Below, piece by piece: positions 1 to 9,690 of a DNA stretch of 64,000 bases. The notes under the pieces were generated by a model that had not been told where the DNA came from, ran no database searches, and saw only the letters and a list, made by a program, of their open reading frames with translations. The stretch comes from Thermodesulfobacteriota bacterium (GTDB taxonomy: Bacteria; Desulfobacterota; Binatia; Bin18). A program made the position numbers and the translations under genes. Each line of letters opens with the position of its first letter. Position 1 is the first letter of the stretch. Where the stretch lies: assembly GCA_964291405.2 (NCBI GenBank), contig OZ219926.1, forward strand, positions 1,856,001 through 1,920,000, given 5' to 3'.

Positions 1-1
1 T

Positions 2-82
2 GATATCTGGATGGAGAACGATGATGGAGAACGCTGGGTCATTGGCACGGCGACCGTTCTGTTGCCAACCCGGAACTCCTAG
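2..82 (+). CDS. 3' end of a gene truncated by the window edge (possibly a MaoC/hot-dog fold dehydratase C-terminus)
   Basis: Open frame DIWMENDDGERWVIGTATVLLPTRNS* ending at TAG 80-82; the pattern resembles MaoC C-termini. Confidence 0.4.
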   Translation, partial: DIWMENDDGERWVIGTATVLLPTRNS

Positions 83-100
83 TATTCAGAGAGTAGAACA

Positions 101-868
101 ATGCAAAAACGACAACTTGGCTGTGTTATGGTTCTCTGTTTAGTCAGTGTCCTCGGACTTGGCCCGCATGTGCCAACAGCTTTTGCTCAGAATGGAGCAA
201 TGCAGCAGGGACTGGATGGCTCACTGGACATGCTTGACAGCCCCACCCCGGTGTACGAACCGTCTGTTTTTGAACCCTTTAATGAGAAGATGTTTTCCTT
301 CAACATCTGGATGGATGAACATATCCTCCGACCGGTTGCCCGTTCCTATGCCGGGGCTGTACCGGAGCCTGCGCGGCTCAGTGTGCGTCGTTTTTTTGAT
401 AATATCGGGGTTGTGCCGCGCTTTGCGAATAGCCTCTTTCAGCTCAAGTTGGACGGTGCGGCGCGGGAAGCCGGACGCTTTATGATCAACACGACGATTG
501 GCGGTCTCGGCTTTTTCGATGTGGCCAAAAATAAGTTTGGGCTCGAAAGAAGCCAAGAAGACTTTGGTCAAACCCTCGGGACCTATGGCGTAGGATCGGG
601 CCCATATCTGGTATTGCCCTTTATCGGACCTTCCACGGTGCGTGACGCCATTGGCCGGGTCGCGGACGGAGCCATGGACCCGAAGACCTATTTGTTATCC
701 ACGGTCGAAGTGACGGCAACGGATGCTGGCACGGTGCTCACCAATGCGGTCAACGAACGCTCCCTCAATCTTGAACTCTTCGAGAGTGTGGATCGCTACT
801 CTCTTGATATGTACAGCGCAGTACAAGACTTCTACCTGCAAAATCGAGAGAGGCAGATCGTAGAATAA
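101..868 (+). CDS. mlaA: VacJ/MlaA family lipoprotein (hopanoid-cluster associated)
   Basis: FEPFNEKMFSFN, RFMINTTIGGLGFFD, EDFGQTLG..GVGSGPYLVLPFIGPSTVRD motifs. Confidence 0.9.
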   Translation: MQKRQLGCVMVLCLVSVLGLGPHVPTAFAQNGAMQQGLDGSLDMLDSPTPVYEPSVFEPFNEKMFSFNIWMDEHILRPVARSYAGAVPEPARLSVRRFFDNIGVVPRFANSLFQLKLDGAAREAGRFMINTTIGGLGFFDVAKNKFGLERSQEDFGQTLGTYGVGSGPYLVLPFIGPSTVRDAIGRVADGAMDPKTYLLSTVEVTATDAGTVLTNAVNERSLNLELFESVDRYSLDMYSAVQDFYLQNRERQIVE

Positions 869-909
869 GCCTCTGGCTTCTTGCAAACACCAGAAAGACA
901 GCGACTGGC

Positions 910-1518
910 GTGTCGAGGAGTTTGATCGTGGTCAAAACTCTCCTTTTGATAATAGGCCTCCTTTTTCCTCAGCTCGGCTGGGCAGATTCTCCGGCGGAGG
1001 TGACCAAACGGCTGATCTCGACCATGCAATCGTGTGGCCAGGAATTTGGTTTGCCCTCCGCCCCCCCGCAGTGCACTAGTGAAGAGATCGAAAAAAACTT
1101 GGCTATTGCTCAACTGTCGCGCTGGCTAATGGGACCGCACTGGGACACCCTCGGCCAAGAGAAGCAGGCTGATTTCATCAGCCTCCTCACACGCTTGCTA
1201 CGCGAATTGGCCTATCCCAGAGCGTCGGAATTTCTGGCTGACACGCAGTTCGAATACGGCGACACGCATCAGCAAGGGAATGAGGCCCTGACCGAGGTCT
1301 CGGTCGTGAATCCTGATGAAGGGCGGGTGACCATCGGTTTTCGGCTCAACCAGTCGGAGGGCGTGTGGAGGGTTTGGGATGTTCGGCTTGACGGGGTCAG
1401 TATGGCCAGCAACCTGCGTAAACAGGTGCAATCGCTCATGTCCAAACAGTCCTACGAAGAGCTGGTGGAGCGGATGCAGCGGACCATCGCGAACGCCAAG
1501 ACCGAAGAGGCCGGATAA
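910..1518 (+). CDS. hpnM: MlaC/Ttg2D family periplasmic lipid-binding protein (HpnM-like)
   Basis: Signal peptide; WRVWDVRLDGVSMASNLRKQ motif; lies between mlaA and an MMPL transporter. Confidence 0.8.
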   Translation: MSRSLIVVKTLLLIIGLLFPQLGWADSPAEVTKRLISTMQSCGQEFGLPSAPPQCTSEEIEKNLAIAQLSRWLMGPHWDTLGQEKQADFISLLTRLLRELAYPRASEFLADTQFEYGDTHQQGNEALTEVSVVNPDEGRVTIGFRLNQSEGVWRVWDVRLDGVSMASNLRKQVQSLMSKQSYEELVERMQRTIANAKTEEAG

Positions 1519-1709
1519 CAGCCGACTGCTCAGACTCTCTCCTCCGCTTGAGTAACCGGCATGGCTAGGATAGGCTGCTCGGCTCAACAGAGGACTGACA
1601 GGGCCCGTGCCGGGTATGGGGAATTTGGCGACGACGCTGGCAGATATCGTGACCCATCACCCTAGCCTACATGCGCTCTCCGTCCTATCCGTTCCAGCGT
1701 GCTTTGTGA

Positions 1710-4544
1710 GTGGAGACATTATCCGTGCAGGCGATCCCTCCGTCTTTTAAACAACGCCTCGTTGCCCTGGAAAAACGGGCTCTACGAGCTTGCGCTCGGG
1801 GAATCGTTGCATACGCAAAGACGGCGCTGGCCGGCTGTCTGCTGCTTACTGTTACGGCCTCATTCTACACCGCACAACATCTCGAACTCGTCACTGGCCG
1901 CAATGATCTGATCTCGACCGAAAAGCGCTACCTGCAACTCGATGAGGAATATTCCGAAGAGTTTGTCGGCGTAGACCAGGTGGCCGTGGTTGTTGAGCCG
2001 CAAGACATCCCGCAGGGCAAAGCCTTTGTGAGGCGCCTGGGTGAACGACTCGCCCAGGAGCAGGAGCATATTGCTGAGATTTTTTACCGCGTGGATGTTT
2101 CCTCGTTAGAAGGCAAAAAGCTGCTCTACCTGCCGGCTGAGGATTTACGCGATTTACAGCGGAGTCTTGAAGACTCGCAAGAGATTATTCATGAACTGCT
2201 GACGAACCCCGGCCTGAATACGCTATTCGAGGCGATCAACACCCAAGTCAGTAGCGCCGTTGTTTCGCATTTGGTTGACGACTTCCTCGGGCTGGGAGGC
2301 CCACTGGATGAAGACTCCGGTGAGTTCTCCGACTCTCAGTTGTCCTTCCTCACTGCGTTGTTACAAGAGATCGCGCGGGCGCTGTACGGACAAGACTACC
2401 GCTATCGTTCTCCCTGGGCTGAGTTTTTTGGTGGGACAGCCCAGCTCGATGACGACGGCTTCCTCATTGCCGAGAACCGCAAATACATGTTCCTCATGGT
2501 CGAGGCGAAAGAAGACGCCGCTGCTGGCTTCAACGACCTTCAGGATTCGATGGCGGCTATTCGGCAGGCGATTGCCGACCTGAAAGTGGAGTTTCCAGGT
2601 CTGGACGCTGGCGTCACCGGAACGAAGGCGCTGGGCAATGATGAAATGCTCAGCGCTCAGCATGATACGGCCGTAGCAACGGTGGTGTCCCTGTCGGGTA
2701 TTGCGCTCCTCTACTTGGTCTTTTTCCGACGCATTCGGCATCCGCTCTTCATCGTCTCATCGCTCATGATCGGCCTGAGCTGGACGCTGGGCTTTGTCAC
2801 GCTTTCAGTCGGTCATCTGACGATTATTACCGTCTTCATCGCCCCTATGCTGCTCGGCTTGGCCGATGACTTCGGCGTCCACTTCATGACCCGCTATGAG
2901 GAAGAGCGCGGCAAGGGAAAAAACCAGGCCGAAGCCATTACCATTGTGTTTGAACAGACCGTCCCCAGTATTATTGCGGGGGCGTTAACCACCTCGCTCG
3001 CCTTTTTTGCAGTCATACTGGCAGACTTTCGCGGGGTTCAGGAACTCGGCATCATTTCGGGTGGAGGAATCCTATTGTCTGTTCTCGCGATCCTGACTTT
3101 CCTGCCGGCCTTGATCGTCGGGATGGACTCGTTCTGGCCCTGGCGTGTTCCTGTGGGACAGCAGACGGTCTTGCAGACAACGTTTGCTGGGTTGGGCAAA
3201 TACGTCGAACAGAAGAGAGGTCTCCTTTTCGGAATCGCCGGCCTGGGAACGGCGGCGGGACTTCTGGCGCTGCCGTGGATCTCTTTTGACTATAATTTGC
3301 TAAACCTCCAGGCACACGGCACAGAGTCGGTTGAATGGGAAAAGCGCATTATTGCAAACTCCGAACGCTCGTCCTGGAACGCCTTGGCGACGGCGCCGAC
3401 GCCAGAAGCGGCGCGCCAAAAGGCTCAAGCGTTTGCGGCGCTGCCCAGCGTGGAGACCGTTGAGAGCGTCGCGTCACTGATTCCGGACGGACAGCCCGAG
3501 CGCCTCCATCTTCTTACAATCATCCGCCCGCTGTTGAGTGAGCTCCCTCCGCTCAGCACTGATCCCCAGGAGGTGGAGGTCAAGCAGCTCGAACGGACTC
3601 TGGATAAGCTCCGCCTCAAAATTCGCGATCAGGAAAACGGCAGCGCGACGCTCCTGCAGGAGGCGCGCCAGCACCTCCTGGCCGTTTTTGAAGCGCTCCG
3701 AACGCTGCCCGAACAGAACGTCCGACAGCGGCTGGCCCTTTTTCAGAACGCGCTGTTTCTCGACTTTCAGGATAAATGGTCCCTGCTCAGGAATAACCTG
3801 TCTCCGGCCGGTCCGATTACCTTTGCGGATGTCCCGCCTCAGTTGCGCAGCCGCTTTGTCAGCCGGGACGGCCAGCGGTTTCTTCTGCAGGTCTATCCCA
3901 AGGAAAATATCTGGGAGCGCGAGCCGCTGACGGAGTTCATTCGGCAGTTGCGCACGGTTGACCCCGATGTGACCGGCTCCCCGATTATTGGCTACGAGTC
4001 TATTGGAGCGATGCAGAACGGCTATGTTGAGGCGGCCTGGTACGCGTTTCTCGCCATCCTGGTTGTGACCTTTTTAGCGCTCCGACGTGTCACGGATGCA
4101 CTCCTGGCCGTCCTGCCGCTCGGTCTGGGTATGATCTGGACCGCGGGCCTGATGTGGCTGTGGGACGTGCAATTTAATCTGGCTAATATGGTTGCCGCCC
4201 CCCTGATTATTGGCATCGGCGTAGAGAATGGTATCCATCTCGTCCATCGTTTCCGAGTAGGCCGTGACGTCTCGGTCGTCAGCCTGATTGCCGGCAGTAC
4301 CGGCCAGGCGGTTGTCCTGTTCTCACTGACGACCATGATCGGGTTTGGTAGTCTCATGGTCGCCCAGTATTATGGCATTTTCAGTATGGGCCTCCTGCTG
4401 ACCCTAGCAGTCGGGAGTGTCCTGATCGCCTCTATTGTGATCCTCCCGCTGCTCTTATACCGAACGGAAAGGAGCGGGCAGGAATCGGGGATAGTCGCTT
4501 CGGAACTCTCCGTACAAGACTCGGCTCAGGGAGACCTCTCATAG
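1710..4544 (+). CDS. hpnN: MMPL/RND family hopanoid transporter
   Basis: 944 aa, two MMPL halves (LGLADDFGVHF; IGIGVENGIHLVHR), hopanoid cluster context. Confidence 0.85.
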   Translation: METLSVQAIPPSFKQRLVALEKRALRACARGIVAYAKTALAGCLLLTVTASFYTAQHLELVTGRNDLISTEKRYLQLDEEYSEEFVGVDQVAVVVEPQDIPQGKAFVRRLGERLAQEQEHIAEIFYRVDVSSLEGKKLLYLPAEDLRDLQRSLEDSQEIIHELLTNPGLNTLFEAINTQVSSAVVSHLVDDFLGLGGPLDEDSGEFSDSQLSFLTALLQEIARALYGQDYRYRSPWAEFFGGTAQLDDDGFLIAENRKYMFLMVEAKEDAAAGFNDLQDSMAAIRQAIADLKVEFPGLDAGVTGTKALGNDEMLSAQHDTAVATVVSLSGIALLYLVFFRRIRHPLFIVSSLMIGLSWTLGFVTLSVGHLTIITVFIAPMLLGLADDFGVHFMTRYEEERGKGKNQAEAITIVFEQTVPSIIAGALTTSLAFFAVILADFRGVQELGIISGGGILLSVLAILTFLPALIVGMDSFWPWRVPVGQQTVLQTTFAGLGKYVEQKRGLLFGIAGLGTAAGLLALPWISFDYNLLNLQAHGTESVEWEKRIIANSERSSWNALATAPTPEAARQKAQAFAALPSVETVESVASLIPDGQPERLHLLTIIRPLLSELPPLSTDPQEVEVKQLERTLDKLRLKIRDQENGSATLLQEARQHLLAVFEALRTLPEQNVRQRLALFQNALFLDFQDKWSLLRNNLSPAGPITFADVPPQLRSRFVSRDGQRFLLQVYPKENIWEREPLTEFIRQLRTVDPDVTGSPIIGYESIGAMQNGYVEAAWYAFLAILVVTFLALRRVTDALLAVLPLGLGMIWTAGLMWLWDVQFNLANMVAAPLIIGIGVENGIHLVHRFRVGRDVSVVSLIAGSTGQAVVLFSLTTMIGFGSLMVAQYYGIFSMGLLLTLAVGSVLIASIVILPLLLYRTERSGQESGIVASELSVQDSAQGDLS

Positions 4545-4591
4545 TCCGTGTTCGGACATTTCGAAGCTTCGAGAAGAAAGCGTATCGCTTC

Positions 4592-5077
4592 ATGGTCAGC
4601 GGACCCCAGTTTGTGCAACACCTCAGGAATGCCGGCTTCGACTTTTTCACCGGGGTGCCCTGCTCTTTGGTCAAGGGGGTGATTGCCACGCTTGAAGAAC
4701 GAGGTGGCTATATCGCTGAGACGCGTGAGGATGCGGCAGTGGGCCTGGCGGCAGGAGCCTATATGGCCGGCAAACAACCTGTTGTCATTATGCAGAATTC
4801 CGGTCTAGGAGTCTGCCTGAACGCACTGTCTTCTCTCAGTTTGATCTACGTCCTGCCTTGTCTGCTACTGATTACGTGGCGCGGCTATCAGGGCAAGGAT
4901 GCGCCGGAGCATCTCATTATGGGAGATATTCTGCCTGACCTGTTATCCACCCTGAAAATTCCGTATCGGGTGCTTGAAGAACAGACCCTGGAGGACGCGA
5001 TTGGCTGGGCCGCCGCGACCCTGAAGCAGACGAGTCGCCCGACGGCGCTGGTCCTCCCGCCTGGAGTCGCTGCATGA
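4592..5077 (+). CDS. TPP-dependent decarboxylase alpha subunit (sulfopyruvate/phosphonopyruvate decarboxylase N-terminal half, ComD-like)
   Basis: FFTGVPCS, TREDAAVGLAAGA, MQNSGLG, WRG..DAPEH motifs. Confidence 0.85.
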   Translation: MVSGPQFVQHLRNAGFDFFTGVPCSLVKGVIATLEERGGYIAETREDAAVGLAAGAYMAGKQPVVIMQNSGLGVCLNALSSLSLIYVLPCLLLITWRGYQGKDAPEHLIMGDILPDLLSTLKIPYRVLEEQTLEDAIGWAAATLKQTSRPTALVLPPGVAA

Positions 5078-5658
5078 ATTTAGCCCAGGCCCTGAGCATA
5101 GTTATCCCTGCCCTACAGGACGCCCTGGTTGTCCATGCGAATGGGTTTATTTCGCGGGAGTCCTTTAATCTTGAGGATCGCCTTGGCAATTTCTATATGA
5201 TTGGCTCAATGGGCTTGGCTTCATCTATTGCGCTCGGTGTGGCCCTGAGTAAACCCGAGCGGCGCGTGGTCGTCTTTGACGGCGATGGCAATGTCCTTAT
5301 GAATATGGGCTCACTGGCCCTGATTGGTGCTCAGCAGCCACGCAATCTGGTCCACCTTGTTTTTGACAACGAAGTCTACGGCTCGACGGGCAACCAGCCG
5401 ACGATCTCCAGCCGCGTGGCGCTCGATAAAGTGGCGCGCGCGAGCGGCTACGTCGATGTGCGCCGCGCTGAGGATACCGACCAGTTGCGTGCCACGACGC
5501 AGGAGCTGCTGGCGCCAGACCCATCTGAAAAAGATGGACCGTCCTTTCTGCTGATTAAAATTGAGCCGGACCGGGAAGAGCGCCACATTGGTCGGATTAC
5601 GCACGAGCCACAGCACATCGTCAGGCGTTTTATGGAGGCTATTCATCAGGACGTATAG
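5074..5658 (+). CDS. TPP-dependent decarboxylase beta subunit (ComE-like)
   Basis: FYMIGSMG, TPP-binding DGDGNVLMN...DN, STGNQPT; ATGA overlap with the alpha subunit gene. Confidence 0.85.
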   Translation: MNLAQALSIVIPALQDALVVHANGFISRESFNLEDRLGNFYMIGSMGLASSIALGVALSKPERRVVVFDGDGNVLMNMGSLALIGAQQPRNLVHLVFDNEVYGSTGNQPTISSRVALDKVARASGYVDVRRAEDTDQLRATTQELLAPDPSEKDGPSFLLIKIEPDREERHIGRITHEPQHIVRRFMEAIHQDV

Positions 5659-5701
5659 GCCGTCGGCCCCGTTCGTCTTCTCCGTCCAGAGCAATTCCAC
5701 G

Positions 5702-6790
5702 ATGCAGCAATACATTCTCCTGAACCCCGGCCCTGTCAACGTTTCTCCGCGTGTCCGGCAGGCCCTCCTGCGTGGAGACCTATGCCACCGGGAGGCTGAG
5801 TTTTCCGATCTGCTGACTGCGGTTCGTACTAAGCTCCTACAGGCGTTCGCTCCGGAGGGTTATACCGCAGTGGTGGTGAGCGGCTCGGGCACCCTGGCGG
5901 TTGAAGCCATGGTCTCCTCAGCCCTGGTGGAGAGGGGGAAACTCCTCGTGATTAACAACGGCGTCTATGGCGATCGGATGCGTCAGATGGCCGAAGCCCA
6001 CCGGATCCCGACCGTAGAATTGACCTATGCCTGGGCCGAAGCGCCGAACTCGGAGCAGATTGAATCCGCTCTGAGAGATGATCCCGCTATCGCGGCCGTG
6101 GCCTTGGTCCAGCATGAAACCACAACCGGCCTACTCAACCCGGTGACTGAAATTGGCCGGATCGTGCGCCAGCAGGGTCGGCTGTTTCTGCTTGACGCGG
6201 TGAGTGCGCTTGGCGGCGAAAACCTCAATGTCGTGCGCGACAGCGTAGACCTGTGTGCCTGTACGGCGAACAAATGCATCCAGGGCCAGCCGGGTGTTGC
6301 CTTTGTGTTGGTTCGGAACGAAGTCATGGCGGTCATGCAGGACTATCCCCGCCGTTCGTTATACCTCCACCTGCCGTTGCACTGGCAAGCGCAGGAACGA
6401 CGGAGCATTCCATTTACTCCGGCCATCCCAGCCTGGTATGCGCTGGATGCCGCCCTTGACGAACTCCTGGAGGAAACGCCCGCAGGACGGGTCGAACGCT
6501 ACCGTCTGGCCGCCCGGTTTCTGCGTGACGGCTTTGCGGAACTCGGACTCGCCTTCCTCCTGCCCCCGGAATTACGGTCCAACTCCCTGACCTCTCTGGT
6601 CTTGCCCCAGGACGTTTCGTATCCCCGTTTGCATGACGGTCTCAAACAACGGGGCTTTGTCATTTACGAGGGACAGGGAAAACTCCGAACCGACATTTTC
6701 CGAGTAGCCAATATGGGCCATCTGACCCTGGACGATTTTCAGCGTTTTCTTGATGCCCTTAAAGATATGTTGCCAGGCGGGAAGCTATGA
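5702..6790 (+). CDS. Class V PLP aminotransferase, 2-aminoethylphosphonate:pyruvate transaminase (PhnW/AEPT)-like
   Basis: Start re-called at ATG 5702 (MQQYILLNPGP); GSGTLAVEA, HETTTGLLNP, DAVS, TANKCIQG. Confidence 0.85.
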   Translation: MQQYILLNPGPVNVSPRVRQALLRGDLCHREAEFSDLLTAVRTKLLQAFAPEGYTAVVVSGSGTLAVEAMVSSALVERGKLLVINNGVYGDRMRQMAEAHRIPTVELTYAWAEAPNSEQIESALRDDPAIAAVALVQHETTTGLLNPVTEIGRIVRQQGRLFLLDAVSALGGENLNVVRDSVDLCACTANKCIQGQPGVAFVLVRNEVMAVMQDYPRRSLYLHLPLHWQAQERRSIPFTPAIPAWYALDAALDELLEETPAGRVERYRLAARFLRDGFAELGLAFLLPPELRSNSLTSLVLPQDVSYPRLHDGLKQRGFVIYEGQGKLRTDIFRVANMGHLTLDDFQRFLDALKDMLPGGKL

Positions 6791-7545
6791 AGGCGATTAT
6801 CCTCGCGGCCGGTGTTGGTAAACGTTTTCAGACCATCACCGACCATAGACCCAAATGTTTAATTCAGGTCAGTGGGAAAACCTTGCTCGAACGCACCCTC
6901 ACCGCTTTAGGCGCTGCTGGGGTCAAGGAGGCGGTCATCGTGATCGGCTATCGTGGAGACATGATTGTCGAAGAAATCGGCGAGCGGTGCGGCGCGGTGG
7001 CCGTGCGTTATATCCGGAACGAGCAGTACGAAAAGGGTGCAATCCTGTCACTCTGGAGTGCGCGCGAAGAGTTTGACACCGACCTGCTGATCATGGATGC
7101 CGACGTATTGTTCCCGGTCCGTTTGCTGCAACGCTTGGTGCAATCCAGGCACGCAAGCTGTTTTCTCCTTGACGCGAGTTCCGAGAACACCGGCGAAGAA
7201 CAAATGCTGCTTACCCGGGCCGGGCGGGTGCTGACGATTATCCGGGGCGGCGCGGGCGACTACGACCTGATAGGCGAGTCGGTTGGTTTTCTCAAAGTCG
7301 CGCGAGACGCCGCGCCACTCCTCCGTTCTATTCTCGATGACTATGTGGCTCAGGGCCGAGACACGATCGAGCACGAAGAAGCCTTCCCTGAGTTTCTGGC
7401 CCAGCACCATGTTGGCTTTGAACGGGTTGACGACCTGCCCTGGACGGAAATCGATTTTCCGCAAGACCTCGAACACGCCGAACGTGACATCCTGCCTGAT
7501 ATTGAACGGCTCGACGCGCTTGACTTGGCCACTAATTCGGCCTGA
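6787..7545 (+). CDS. Nucleotidyltransferase, LicC/phosphonate cytidylyltransferase-like
   Basis: MKAIILAAGVGKR..PKCL, GESVGF, WTEIDFPQDL. Confidence 0.8.
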   Translation: MKAIILAAGVGKRFQTITDHRPKCLIQVSGKTLLERTLTALGAAGVKEAVIVIGYRGDMIVEEIGERCGAVAVRYIRNEQYEKGAILSLWSAREEFDTDLLIMDADVLFPVRLLQRLVQSRHASCFLLDASSENTGEEQMLLTRAGRVLTIIRGGAGDYDLIGESVGFLKVARDAAPLLRSILDDYVAQGRDTIEHEEAFPEFLAQHHVGFERVDDLPWTEIDFPQDLEHAERDILPDIERLDALDLATNSA

Positions 7546-7548
7546 ATT

Positions 7549-8451
7549 ATGCCCTCCCCCGTCCCTGGCGCTCGCTATCTCATCGTCAACGGGGACGACT
7601 TCGGCCTGTCCGCTCAGGTCAACACCGGCATACGACACGCCCATCGGCAGGGCATTCTGACCAATACCAGCCTCATGGTTACGGCTCCGGCCTGGGAGGA
7701 GGCGGTTGAGCTTGCCCGCTCGACACCCAGCCTCGGGGTTGGACTGCATATGACCTTAGTCCAGGGACGGGCTGTTCTGTCCAAACAGCACCTCCGCACG
7801 ATTATCGACAGCGAGGGGAATTTTGCCCACAATCCAACCCGAGCCGGATTGCAGTATTATTTCTCCCGGCGGGCGCGGGAAGAAATCCGGGCCGAGTGCC
7901 GGGCTCAGCTCGAGCGTTTTCTGGAAACGGAATTACCTCTGTCCCATATTGATGGACATCTCAACATCCATATGCACCCGGTCGTTATGGACGCTCTCCT
8001 CGCCCTCGCACAGGAATACTCTATTCCTCCGGCCATACGCCTGACCCGAGAAGACCTGACGACCAGCCTGGCGCTTGATCCGCGCCATGCCTTGAGGAAA
8101 CGCTGGGAGTCCGTTGTCTTTACATCCCTCGCCCGATCGGTAGAAAAAAAACTGCGGCGTGCTTTTATTCCCTACCCGGATCATCTGTTTGGCCTGCATC
8201 AAAGTGGCACTGTGGATGAATCTTATCTGCTTGGCCTGTTCCCACGACTCCAAGCCGGCGTAACGGAGTTGTACTGCCATCCGGCCTTCCTGCCGTGTCC
8301 CGAGGTCGAACGGTGGACGCCAACCTCTCGCAGAGATGTTGAGCTTGCGGCGCTCACAAGTCCGACGGTGCGAGCGGCAGCCGCGGAAGAGAATATTCGG
8401 TTCGTGAATTACCATGATCTCCCGTCGCTTCGTATAGGCGCGGGGGATTAA
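7549..8451 (+). CDS. hpnK: Hopanoid biosynthesis-associated deacetylase (YdjC/ChbG family)
   Basis: VNGDDFG, GVGLH, HIDGHLNIHMHP, ELYCHP motifs; context. Confidence 0.85.
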   Translation: MPSPVPGARYLIVNGDDFGLSAQVNTGIRHAHRQGILTNTSLMVTAPAWEEAVELARSTPSLGVGLHMTLVQGRAVLSKQHLRTIIDSEGNFAHNPTRAGLQYYFSRRAREEIRAECRAQLERFLETELPLSHIDGHLNIHMHPVVMDALLALAQEYSIPPAIRLTREDLTTSLALDPRHALRKRWESVVFTSLARSVEKKLRRAFIPYPDHLFGLHQSGTVDESYLLGLFPRLQAGVTELYCHPAFLPCPEVERWTPTSRRDVELAALTSPTVRAAAAEENIRFVNYHDLPSLRIGAGD

Positions 8452-9602
8452 CCGACGCGAACCATTCGCCCGTCTTTTTGGAGCTGGAAGGTATACTCTC
8501 GCCAGCGGACCGTGTTGCCCCGCAGGCTGGCACACCAGACAACAAAAGAGAGCAGGTCCGTGAGAAGGGTCAGCAGGATGGCGGGGCGCGGCAATTTCGA
8601 TTGCAGAAAGGCAGTATTCATCAGAGCGGCGGTCAGGAGGCGTACCCCGATAACGCTGAGGGCGAGCACCGTCATCTCGACAGACGACCAAAAACAGAGC
8701 AGGCTCACAGAGGCCCAGACCGTGCCAAACGTCACAACTGTACTGATATACCCGCCGGGACGACAGTTTCGTTGCGTCCGCGCCCAGCGCAACTGATGGT
8801 AAAACAAGCCGCGCAGCGAGACCGCATCGGGGCGGGTTTCAACAACGGTGGGAAGGACTCGCAACCGATACCCGGCCTGGGCAATGAGATACCCCAGGTA
8901 ATAGTCATCCGCCAGATAATCAGACAGCCTGGCAAATCCTCCAATAGCGTCAAGGCAGGCCCGTTTGAGCGCTATGGTTGCTCCGAAGGCATATGCAGGC
9001 CGCTCTATCTGGCTGGCGACTACGACCTGAGTGGTAAAAGTCGTATTGATCATGAGCGATTCCAGCAGGGCCGGCAGGGGTTGTCCGGAACCGCCACGAT
9101 ACACACAGGTGACCAGGCCTGTTTCCGTAGGCGTTAAGGGCGGGATGATTGTCTGTAAGTAATCGGGGGCAACACAGACATCACTATCGGTAATGACGAG
9201 ATAGTCATACTTCATCTGTGGCGTCAGATGGTGCAGGGTGCTGACCTTATAATTGGTCCCGATCACAGAGGGCGCAACAACCAGGGTAATATCGCACTGG
9301 GGAAAGTCGTGCTGCACTTTGGCGACAATAGCAGCCGCCGGGTCATTGGGGTCGCGGACGCCGCAGAGGATTTGAAAGGTCGGGTAATCGAGCTGACAAA
9401 AGCTCGCCAGACTGTCGTACAGATCGGGCGGTGCGCCTTTAAGCGGCTTGAGAATAGTAACTGGGGGAAGGGCCGTGCTAAGAGTTGGACGCGGATGGAA
9501 AAAACGCCAAGCCGCATAAACACTAAAAAGGTAATAGACTAGGGCAACACACAGCAGGCCTGCCAGGGACCAGAAAACGAGAAAAGTAGTAAACGTACCC
9601 AT
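8448..9602 (-). CDS. hpnI: Bacteriohopanetetrol glucosamine biosynthesis glycosyltransferase (GT2/ceramide glucosyltransferase-like)
   Basis: PVTILKPLKG, NYKVS, ITDSD, LADDYYLG, QLRWART. Confidence 0.88.
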   Translation of the reverse strand: MGTFTTFLVFWSLAGLLCVALVYYLFSVYAAWRFFHPRPTLSTALPPVTILKPLKGAPPDLYDSLASFCQLDYPTFQILCGVRDPNDPAAAIVAKVQHDFPQCDITLVVAPSVIGTNYKVSTLHHLTPQMKYDYLVITDSDVCVAPDYLQTIIPPLTPTETGLVTCVYRGGSGQPLPALLESLMINTTFTTQVVVASQIERPAYAFGATIALKRACLDAIGGFARLSDYLADDYYLGYLIAQAGYRLRVLPTVVETRPDAVSLRGLFYHQLRWARTQRNCRPGGYISTVVTFGTVWASVSLLCFWSSVEMTVLALSVIGVRLLTAALMNTAFLQSKLPRPAILLTLLTDLLSFVVWCASLRGNTVRWREYTFQLQKDGRMVRVG

Positions 9603-9643
9603 CCTTTCTCGATCTACATAGTTGGGGCACGTTTACTACTTTT
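9582..9643. repeat. Long-spaced inverted repeat element, copy 1 (AAAAGTAGTAAACGTACCC...GGGCACGTTTACTACTTTT)
   Basis: 18/19-bp inverted repeat; shares the core AGTAAACGTG/CACGTTTACT with 26200-26253 and 45579-45632. Confidence 0.7.
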
Positions 9644-9690
9644 GGGACATGGCGTCAGACACAGTCTCCTCCCGGTCGGGAGGAGACGCA

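Noticed and set aside
5561-5701. N-terminal extensions given by the ORF track (also at 27342, 28393, 34329, 42531, 47671, 54397)
   Set aside because: They overlap neighbouring genes or repeats; downstream starts have RBSs and/or match family N-termini
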